Source: Anthoceros angustus
Taxonomy: Eukaryota; Plantae; Anthocerotophyta
Length of the DNA stretch: 64,000 nt
Assembly (NCBI GenBank): GCA_010909165.1
Contig: MU008181.1
Location: 124,001 to 188,000 of the forward strand
Direction: 5' to 3'
Both the position numbers and the translations under genes were made by a program. Of this stretch, positions 1 to 9,784 are shown piece by piece. Numbering within the stretch: the stretch's first letter is position 1; every line of letters begins with the position of its first letter. The notes beneath the pieces were generated by a model. That model was not told the DNA's origin, made no database searches, and saw only the letters and a program-made list of their open reading frames with translations.

Positions 1-110
1 CTCTAGGAAGGTGGTCAATCGATTCGGATACAACGTTTTGCCTTCACACCTCTTGAGCTTATGTTTCCTTTCTGTCCAAGTGTGCTGATGGACTTCGTGC
101 TCGGGTGCAG

Positions 111-923
111 TTTCACCATAGCTGCTGTTATGCTCTCGGGACTGCTTCTGTACGATGTCTTCTGGGTGTTCGGCTCATCACACGTTTTCGGTGACAATGT
201 CATGCTGAAAGTAAGGGAAGGGACAACAGACAAAAACAGAGCACTTTCTACCCTATCCAAGCATTTGTGAAACTCGGACGATCTAACTCTCCGTCTTCGC
301 TGTTGTGAAGGTGGCGACATCGGATGCTTTTGATGGACCAATGAAGCTCATCTTTCCGAGAGTACGTTCAGTCATGACTTTTTTGGGCAGTGAACCATGA
401 GGCCATTGTACTGACTGCACAAATGCGTTGCAGGCTAATACCGTGACCGATTATGCCATTCTAGGCTTGGGTGACGTTGCTGCACCAGGGCTTTTGATTG
501 CGCTCATGCTGCGATTCGATCGAGCCAGGGCGAAGCTGTCAGGAGAAGACAACGAACTTCAATCCGAGCAGGAGAGCACTCCTGATAAAACCTACTTCAT
601 CACTTGTATATCTGCCTACGTCTTCGGACTCACTCTTACTGTTGGTAAGCCTAATGCAACGATTTTGTTGTTTGTCCTGGTGTCACAGCAAAGCAAGTGG
701 TCGAAACTCATGAGTCCTTGTTCTGTGGAAACTGACAGTGGCAAATTCAGTTTCCGGAGCAGCACAGCCAGCGCTGCTTTACCTAGTCCCTTCCCTCCTG
801 TTCGGGGTGTTCCTTGTCGCAGCTTCCCGATCAGAAGCCTCTCTGTTACTGGAGTTCAAGGACGACGTGTCCCTATCTCCGGTTGCTGTCCAGACCGAGG
901 AAGGGGTAGACCAAGGGAAGTAG
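111..923 (+). CDS. Signal peptide peptidase / SPP-like aspartic intramembrane protease (peptidase A22B), 3' exons; gene starts upstream of the window
   Basis: GT-AG exons 111-210, 311-361, 434-644 and 739-923 splice in frame. They encode the catalytic LYD and LGLGD motifs and the QPALLYLVP (PAL) motif; stop TAG at 921-923. Confidence 0.92.
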
Positions 924-1382
924 GTGGAGCTTGCATTTGCTGTCCAAGGTGCATATGGAAAGAAGCTCAGGCTTTTTCATTCTCAGGAGACTCCCGACCG
1001 GGCAGTGGGCGAACTGGTCTGAAAACTCCAACCCCCGTGGCTTCTTGGAGCTCCCGTCCGACTCATCCTACCAACATCCCGACAAGGCCAGACACGTATC
1101 ATGCAGCGCCATGGATACCCAGATGATGAGTCTCCTCCATCTGCAAGCATTGGCAGGCCATGGCGCTCATGAGGACAAGGATGCCTGATGTCTAGCGACG
1201 AGGACAAGTGGAGAAGGATGGCTGCATGATTAACCCCAGTCCCCATGATCAACATGAACAAATATACGTGTGTATGGAGGAACATAAGCCTCCTAAACCA
1301 GGCTCACCACTGCATCACACAATAGGCGGATAGCTTACTCCAGTAGCTTAGGGAAGAGCACAGTTTTAGTCCAGGCTACAGC

Positions 1383-1522
1383 AGTAATCCACAAAGAACA
1401 CTGCGTTAATATAATTTGCAAACAAAAGCTTAACAAAGAATACATTATCACTAGTAGTCCACAAAGAACACTGCCTTAATATAATTTGCAAACAAGAGCT
1501 TAACAAAGAATACATTATCACT
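1383..1522. repeat. 70-bp direct tandem duplication (2 copies)
   Basis: agtaatccacaaagaacactgcgttaat...atcact (1383-1452) is followed directly by a near-identical copy (1453-1522). Confidence 0.9.
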
Positions 1523-3199
1523 CTTAGTATCGGTGAGCTTTGGTCATATCATTTATGCACCTAGATACGGAAAAACCCGACCATCATCCCTCTCGGTCGG
1601 GAACCTTTTCATTCTTCTAGTGATGGTGAATACGAGGATAACTAAAGCTCACATAGATTGAAGTTCTGAGTGGATAGCTACTCAACGAGCAATACAAACA
1701 GAACTTGAAGATATGATTGCATAGCTACTCAAAAGGCAATACAAACCAAGGGTGCTCGTCAATTTCCCTCAAGCTCTAATATGGGTTAGATCATTTGTAG
1801 TATCAAGATATGAAAAGACTCAACACTAAAACTTATTTACCTCATGGTTACTATGACATCAAATAAGGCCAGCAAAGCCTTTCCTCATATTCATCTCTAA
1901 GAGATTCTAACATAGACATTTGTTAGGCCCGTTTGGTATAAGTGACGGTAAGTCAAATTAAGGTTCTAGCCCTTTATTTATGGTATAAATGATGTAAGTC
2001 AAACTAAGATTTTAGTGCTTTGATGGCACTTTGATGTTAGAGTGCAGCGGAGAGATAAAATGACTAAGTTTTCCAATTAGCAAATCATTCCAACTAGCAA
2101 ATCATGAATGCAAACCAAGATGCTAGAATCACTCATGTTCCAAAAAAGAGATCACACAGATAGATAGTTGGCATGATAATATTGAAGGATATAAAATCAA
2201 CTCACTCAAACAAACAAATGATCAGCAAGATGTGCAGAGTTGAATTGGTAAGATATGTAGAAACACAAAGAAACAACAGCAGAACACAGAGCACAAAACA
2301 CAAAGAAAGTAGCACAGAGCACAAAACACAAAGAAAGTAACAGAACACAAACAAAGTAGCTTTGTTATCAGAACACAGAGCATAAAACACAAAGAAAGAA
2401 GAGAGATTTTATTGAGGTGAAAAAACGATGGGAAAAGCCCATCTAGGAGGGGACAACCAAAGGGGACAAGGGGGTCGAGGTGAAGAGGAGCAACTAAGCT
2501 CCCTACCTAAAGTCACCTACTGCACCCACAATGTCATATGCAGGAAGAATAAACGGCCTGCAAACCACGGAGGTAGAGGAAGATCGTCACCCACCGCCTT
2601 GTGGAGGATCGCTGAGAGCGCCTGAAGTTGAAGGGCAATTGAAACCCGTTGTCGAAAGTATCTTTGTAAGTACGAGAGGATAGCCCGCTTCATGTCTACG
2701 CATGGTAAGCTTTGGCAACTTCCTCAGCCATTTACGTTTCTAGTGCAAGCGAATAAAGAGGTGGCCGCTTGCATCCCGCTATATTTGCGGACCTTGAGAG
2801 CCGGCCTCAAATGTAACTCGATGTTAGTGATGACTGGCGGAGATGGTGTCTCGTGTAGGATCGGTAACCACCACATCACCGAAACACGGTCGCCACGGAC
2901 AAGTGCGGTACCGATTGAGCGACACATGCGGAGTATACATCCGCTCCCTCCATGCCATGTAGCCGCTGGCGATGGCGAACATGACATCGCGGATGGCGTC
3001 GTGAGTGGCAATGCTGTTGCGTGGGGACAACGAGCAAGGTGTAATCAATCATCGAGGCGAGCCGCACTGCAAGTAAGGAGCGAAGAAGCCACAGCCGTGA
3101 GCAAGACTAATCGCATCGCAGAGTGAAGGTGGTTGGTGCGATGTGAAAACCCGTATGCATGGGTGGGCCAATAGCCAGCACTGCGCCTTGAACAAGAGC

Positions 3200-4800
3200 G
3201 GGCCGCGCTCTTGTGGACCTGGGATGGAGGGTCTGAGGAATGTTAGCCTGGAAAGCCGCTTCTCGGCGAGATGCCTCAACCCCAAACCATCGATAATAAA
3301 TGTCGAGAAAGGAGAGAAGTCCTTCCGAGCATCCACCGATAACATGTCCCTAGCTTGCCTCAAGGCGTTTGGAGAGAAGGTTCCCTCCTCCACACTGGTA
3401 CGAGATCCTCCGAAGGGCCTGTCATGGAGGATGAACCGAGAAGCCAAAGCGAGGCGAGAGAGGGCCCAACCGCCTGTGAAAGCCGCCGGGAAGAGACCTC
3501 CGGCAGAGTGCATCTGTGCCTCAAATTGCAGTAGGGGCCTGCAGTGAGCGAGATCGCCCATAGGGCACTCAAAAGCCCACAGCCGTGGATGTCCCGAGTA
3601 TCCATAATCTTCCTATCAAACCGCCGCTGGACAAAAGTGTCGGGGGCGGAGGCGTCGGATGAGGTAACCGGGCGCCTAGCAAAGGAGGAAGTCCTTCCGA
3701 GCATCCACCGATAACATGTCCTAGCTTGCCTCAAGGGCGTTTGGAGAAGGTTCCCTCCTCCACACGTCGAGATCCTCCGAAGGGCTGTCATGGAGGATGG
3801 GAGAAGCCAAAGCGAGGCGAGAGGGCCCAACCGCCTGTGAAAGCCGCGGGAAGAGACCTCCGGCAGAGACACATGCCTCAAATTGCAGTAGGGGCTGCCG
3901 GAGGCAGATCGCCCATAGGGCACTCAAAAGCCCACAGGCCCGGGATGTCCCGAGTATCCATAATCTTCCTATCAAACCGGTCGCCACGGACAAAAGTGTC
4001 GGGGGCGGGCGGCGTGGATGAGGTAACCGGGCGCCTAGCAAAGCAGGAGGAAAGAATTCCAAAGGCTACCTATGTATCCTCCGGCAAAGGAGGTCCTCGA
4101 CATGGAGAGGTCCTCTGAGCCTAGTCCAGAAGCTCAGGTGAAGTCGGAAGGCAGAGGGACCCCTAGAATCCATGATCCCAAAGCCGGGAAGAGACCTCCA
4201 AGAGAGTGCACTGTGCCTCCAAATGTAGGGACGCTTGCCGGGCCGACGCCATAGGGCACTCAAAAGCCCCCGAGCCTGTGGATGTCCCGAGTATCCATAA
4301 TCTTCCTATCAAACCGCCATGGACAAAAGTGTCGGGGGCGGGCGGCGTGGATGAGGTAACCGGGCGCCTAGCAAAAGCAGGAGGAAAGAATTCCAAAGGC
4401 TACCTATGTATCCTCCGGCAAAGGAGGTCCTCGACATGGAGAGGTCCTCTGAGCCTAGTCCAGAAGCTCAGGTGAAGTCGGAAGGCAGAGGGACCCCTAG
4501 AATCCATGATCCCAAAGCCGGGAAGAGACCTCCAAGAGAGTGCACTGTGCCTCCAAATGTAGGGACGCTTGCCGGGCCGACGCCATAGGGCACTCAAAAG
4601 CCCCCGAGCCTGTGGATGTCCCGAGTATCCATAATCTTCCTATCAAACCGCCATGGACAAAAGTGTCGGGACTGAGGAGGCAACAGATTTGATGAGGTAA
4701 CTGGCGCCTAGCAAAACAGAGGAAAGAATTCCAAAGGCCACCTATGCATCCTCCAAAGAAAGGAGGTCCTCGACATGGGAGAGGTCTCAGAGCCTAGTCC
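3200..4800. repeat. Internal tandem repeats (~335-355 bp, 4 full anchors plus partial copies) within the retrotransposon ORF
   Basis: The anchor ggatgtcccgagtatccataatcttcctatcaaaccg recurs near 3587, 3943, 4279 and 4613. Units 4066-4399 and 4400-4733 give identical small ORFs in the track. Confidence 0.9.
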
Positions 4801-6924
4801 AGAAGCTCCCGATGAAGTCGGGGAACCGGGGGACCCCTAGAACTGCATCCCAAAGCCGGAGCAATCTCCCGAAACTACAAAGTAGGTAGAATCCGGCGGA
4901 GACGGGCTGGCATGCCTTGACCTTCAAGTCCACCAAAGAAAGCTCATGAGAGAAGAGCTCAAAGGCCTCCTTAACTTTGTCCCTGTGCCCGAGGATGTGA
5001 GTCGTCTGGTGAGAAGGAAGACATGTGTGGCCGAGAAGGCGGCCCTGACAAGTGAGCAATGGCGAAGAGAGCACGCGCCAGTGGGCCTTACACAGTACAT
5101 GTGGCCGATTCCAAGACAGAGATAGCAAATCCTGAAGAGACGTTCTTGTGCTAGTAGTAGAGGTTGGAGGACCTCCCGTAGAAGCATCGGACAAAAGGTA
5201 TAAGGCTCCCAGGACGCCGCCAGCATCTCTAAGCTCCTCGAAGATGACGCTCCTAGAAATGGTAGTGAAGACGTTCTTGACATCAACCTGTAAGACCACC
5301 CACTCCGGGTGGGTATCAAGGCATGCCTTCACTCCAAGCACCACAGACTCACAGCCTCCCGAAGTGGCAATGCCAAATTGAAGGGGTTGAGGTCTTGGAG
5401 AAGAGAGCGCGAAGGGCAATAGTGCGGTGAGTAGCCGCATGAAGGCTTTCTGACGCAGTGGCGCGAGGCTGAGCAGGCTTGTCCATAGCGACAAGCCCGC
5501 TAGCCGCAAGAACATGGGAAATCCGGTGGTGTCTCACCAGCCACCGCAGCGGCCAGAGAAAAGAGTTCTGGGAAGCCACTAGATGGATCTTCAGGGAGAA
5601 AAAGGTCCCTAAGGTGTTCAAAGACCATTCCTGACAACCCGGCAGATGAAAGACGTGGGGTCGTAGAGAGTGCCAGAGCAAAATCTGCCCGGTCCGGGAG
5701 AAGGATCCTCCGGACGAGTCGATATGTCCGGGGATGGCATCCTTGGGTCTTTGGATGGAGGCGAAGGGCAACAATGGTCTCCTGAGCGGGGCCAAGGAGG
5801 TCGAAGAGCCACAGCGTATGACATACTCACTGCACTGGCCAAGCGGCTTGCAGCAGCCGAGTTTGTTGCATTACAGAACATTCCAAGCTGCATGTGGATT
5901 CCGCCCGAGCCTTGGCAAGACGCGAGCAAAATCGCCGAGAGAGAAGGGATCCTCGGGACGTAGTCGAGATATGTCCGGGGATGGCATCCTTGGGTCTGGA
6001 TGGAGGCAGGCAACAATATTGTTGGTCAGGTCTCCTCGAGCGGGGCTAGGGAGGGTCGAAGAGCCACAGCGTATGACATACTCACACACTGTGGCGGCTT
6101 ACAGCAGCGAGTTTGTTGCATTACCGGGACTGTTCAAGCTGCATGTGGATTCAGAGCCTTGGCGACGCGCAAAGCCTCCTCACGGAGGGATGCCCTCGCG
6201 GCCCGAAGCGCAGCTAGCAACTTCCGATGCCCATAAGCCCCCTAGAATCAAGGCACCATTGGGAGAAGCGGGAGAAGGCACCAAGCTCGTCTGGGATCGG
6301 CGCAAGGCGATCCAAGGGAAGGCAGAATGCCAAAGGCATCATCATGAAGGTGGCGGGGAACCCTGCGGAAGATGCGCGGGCATGGAAAGCGGGTTTCAAA
6401 CATCCGAAGTATGTGATCCAGCTGACCCCGTAACCATTCCCACGAAGAGAGATGCACGAAGGGCGATCTTGGCCTTGAGCACGCTCAGGCTGGAGGAGGT
6501 CGTGATGTACACTTGGGCAGCCCAAGTAATCTGTTCGAAATCTTTATGCATGTACCCAATGTGGGTTTTCACCCCTTGACAGTGGCGAGTTGAGCACAGA
6601 CAAGACACGGAGTGTCATGCTTGATCACGGTGTACCAAATTGGGGAGGTACTAAAAGAACCCATAAACACCGGTCGGAGGTGGCGGGGCTCACACTCGTG
6701 ATGTGAGCTCCGTATGGCGAACCCCAAAAGGCGAGCCAAAGAGCTCTACGTAGGGGCGCAACCCACGTAACCACCGACCCACCAAACTAGCGCCGCGCGC
6801 CGCAATTTCTGCAACCAAAAGCCGGGGTAGAAATCCACCCCTAGAAAGGCGAACAAAATTGAAAAATAAATTCCCACCTCCACCACGATACCACATGGCA
6901 GCATGACTCCCGGTGATACTAGCG

Positions 6925-8045
6925 GCGTGAACCCCGGCCGCGCCCGCCCGCGCCCGCACCGCCCGCCTCCGCGCCACCCGCCGCGCTGAGCCCACTCCCG
7001 CGCCCACCGCCACCCTACCTCCCGGGCTTTCCTACCTCCGCAGCGGGGCCTTGAGCCCGGCCCGGCCCCGCGGCCGGGACTGCCCGAGCCCGCCCGCCTC
7101 ACCGCCCGCCACGGAAGGCACCTGCGGCAGCCTCGCACCTCGCCCGCACCCGCCGCTCCGCGCGCGCCCGCACCGCCCGCCTCCGCGCCCGCACCGCAAC
7201 CTCGCCCGCACCACAATCGCTCCCGGTGCCGCACCGTGCCCCGTACGCATGGCGCCACTTTCGCACTCCACTCCCGCGCCCGCCGCTTTCAAACCCACTC
7301 CGGTCCCGGTCCCGGTCCGCGCTGCGTCCCTCACCCACTGCGCCATTATGCACTCCGCCGCTCCCGCCGTCCGCTCCGCTCCGCTCCGCGCCCGCGCACC
7401 GCACCGCACCCACCGCGCACCGCACCGCACCGTGCACTCCGCGCGGGCACCTCCGCGCCCGCGTCCGGTCCGCGCCCGCCGCTCCCGCCGTCCGCTCCGC
7501 GCCCCGCGTCCGGTCCGCCCGCGCCGCGCGCCGCGCCCCTCCCGCGCCACCCGCCTCCGCGCGCCCCGCTCCGCCACCCGCCTGCCTCCCCGCTCCGCCG
7601 CCACCTCGCCCGCCACTCCCACGCCACCGCCCGCGCCGCGCGCGCCCGCGCCCGCCTCCCCGCTCCGCCTCGCGCCCGCGCCTCCGCACCCGCCTGCCTC
7701 CCCGCACCCGCACCGCACCCGCACTCCCGCACCCGCCCGCGCCTGCACTCCCGCCGCGGCCGGGCACCTCCGCGCCCGCCGCCCGCCCGCCCGCCGCTCC
7801 GCCTCCCGCGCCGCCCGCGCCCGCGCCGCGCGCCGCGCCCGCGCCCCTCCCGCGCCACCCGCCGCCCGCCTCCCGCCACTCCGCCGGCCGCGCCTCCGCC
7901 ACCCGCCCGCGCCGCGCTCCGCGCCACCGCCCGCCACTCCCACGCCGCCTCGCCTCGCCTCCGCCGCCCGCCCGCCGCCCGCCTCCTCACCGCCCGCTCC
8001 CTCACCCCCGCTCGCTCCCTCACCGCCGCCCGCTCGCTCAGTGTG
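6925..8045 (-). repeat. Extremely GC-rich, strand-skewed low-complexity tract (probable 5' UTR of the retrotransposon)
   Basis: Almost only C/G; the plus strand is C-rich and the minus strand G-rich, with degenerate ccgc/ccgcac/ccgccactcccacgcc units. The overlapping A/G/R/P-rich ORFs are compositional artefacts. Confidence 0.75.
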
Positions 8046-9051
8046 ATCAGCCTGTGTATGTGTCAAAGAAAGTAGCAGAACACAAACAAAGTAGCTTTGT
8101 TATCAGTAGCAAAGAATACAAACAAAGAACACAGCTCCGCTATGAATTTTAACCTTGGTAAGATAGTTTATGCCATCAAGAAACGAAAAAATCTAATAGC
8201 TTGTGTGATTATAGAACCTATTCATCCTCGTGAGGAGAACAAAAGTCCATAGAGATGAAGATATGATTGGAGTGCAACTCTTTAGGGAAATGATTGAAGA
8301 ACAAATTTAAAGAGCAATATAGACAAAATATGCTCTCCTAAGCTCTACCCTATGTTCCATCAAGACATGAAAAAACCAGTAACCGTCTCTGTCGGAAGTT
8401 GGTTGATGGTGAATATGACTGACAGATCAAGCCCGAAGAGATCGAAGACCATGCTCTGAATACATAATTGTTCGATGAGCCAAACAAACTAAGCATGCTC
8501 TTTGATGTCTCTTATGAAGGAGTTATGAAGGAGACATTTATTAGGCCCTTTTTTTAATCCATACATGATGTAAACCAGGCTAAGGTGCCAGCGATTTCAT
8601 GCCGTAGGGCGTCGGACAGACAAATGGCTAAGTCTTCCGACCTGCAAATCATGAATCCGCTGCACTCCGGCTGCGGATTGCATTGCGCTACTCTCGAGGT
8701 GAAGAAAACATAAGGGTACAAAATCGTTCGAGCTTTGGTTGGCGTTGCTACAAACTGGGAGGCGAAGGAAACTGCGGGGCCGAGAAGGGGAGAAGGCGTT
8801 AGGGTTTTGCTAAGCTGCCCTAATAGGTGGATGGCCACCAACATTCACTCTCTATCACCATAACCGTGCTGGAAAGGTGTACAACTCAGCATCTGGGTTG
8901 AGCCCCCACGATCCATGATGAGTCGATGACCCTAGTCTAGAAAGAGGAAGAGTAGATAGACTATGTAGGTTCGCTCGTTGTGGTGAAGAGGGATATTCAT
9001 TTCATCAACACCGGCTCTTAGCAGAGTTCCTAACGCAGCGCCATCGCCAGC

Positions 9052-9330
9052 ATGGGCAGCCCCAAGTTGAGCGGCGAGGTAACCCGAGAGACCGAGCGGA
9101 TCAAGGCCACCTACGATGTGGAAGAGCCGCCCTCCTTACTGGATAAAGTGAAGACGGCGATCCACTCATTGAAGCCCGACACCCCGGAGCCTGCACGCCA
9201 GTCCGTCGAGACCCCAGCTTTGAAAGCGTCTTACACCACAGAGGATGACTCTCCGTCCCTGTTTCAGAAGTTCCTAGGCAAGGTGGGAATCACCGAGGAA
9301 ACACCTAAGAAGCATGCTGGGGAGGAATGA
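9052..9330 (+). CDS. Small hydrophilic protein (92 aa), unknown function, LEA/dehydrin-like composition
   Basis: ATG in good context (gccagcATGG), GC-rich codons, and an internal repeat (KATYDVEEPPSLLDKV / KASYTTEDDSPSLFQKF). A plausible 3' UTR follows. No family recognised. Confidence 0.6.
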   Translation: MGSPKLSGEVTRETERIKATYDVEEPPSLLDKVKTAIHSLKPDTPEPARQSVETPALKASYTTEDDSPSLFQKFLGKVGITEETPKKHAGEE

Positions 9331-9784
9331 ATGATGACTCCGGTTGTGGGGGCTGTACAGTGTGAAGAAGGATGGATTTAGAGGGCCTTTCTGCTGGTTC
9401 TCTGTACAGATTGAAGGGTCTGAAAGGCTGGACGATTGCTCAGTTTCAGATCTGCATCCTCCAGCCAGGTCTTACCGTTGTCTGTGGACTCCTTATCTGC
9501 GGTGGGTGTCAGATTCTTGGAGGACTGGGTAGCTGGGTTCGTAGTCGGGTGATGAGGCCTACAGGTTTTTTGTATGTCTTATGTGTATTGGAGAAATTGT
9601 GAAATCAAGCACACAGGCTTGCCTGAGCAATTACGAGTGCGTCTACTCCAGGAGCAGACACGTGTTTGGTATGGACTTGACGACGCTGTTGGGTATTCAT
9701 TTGAAGAATTTTTCTACATGAGGAGTCAGTGAGGAGTCAGTCCTTGTTGTACCCATACACAGGATCTAACTTCCAGTCATCTTA

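Larger units (their letters stand above)
2372..8063 (-). mobile_element. Degenerate non-LTR retrotransposon with RT and restriction-like endonuclease (CRE/SLACS-like clade)
   Basis: Minus-strand frames contain pre-RT motifs (AWCLLPLLP, LVAMDKPAQPRATASE) and the RT block PLQFGIATSGGCESVVLGVKACLDTHPEWVVLQVDVKNVF. Downstream are a degenerate zinc knuckle (TCSAARLDD*LHLARCPH), the RLE motifs IATHDAIRD...DVVVTDPTR and the terminal RQRVSIALQ. AATAAA lies near 2410 and a 43-bp direct repeat flanks the element. The ORF is broken by frameshifts and stops. Confidence 0.8.

Noticed and set aside
931-1290. Short ORFs just downstream of the SPP-like gene
   Set aside because: No recognisable motif, and stops occur in the most plausible frame; likely 3' UTR or decayed sequence.
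6690-8152. Several 220-340-aa overlapping ORFs rich in A/G/R/P
   Set aside because: They are open in all frames only because the tract lacks A/T and therefore stop codons; no domain signal.
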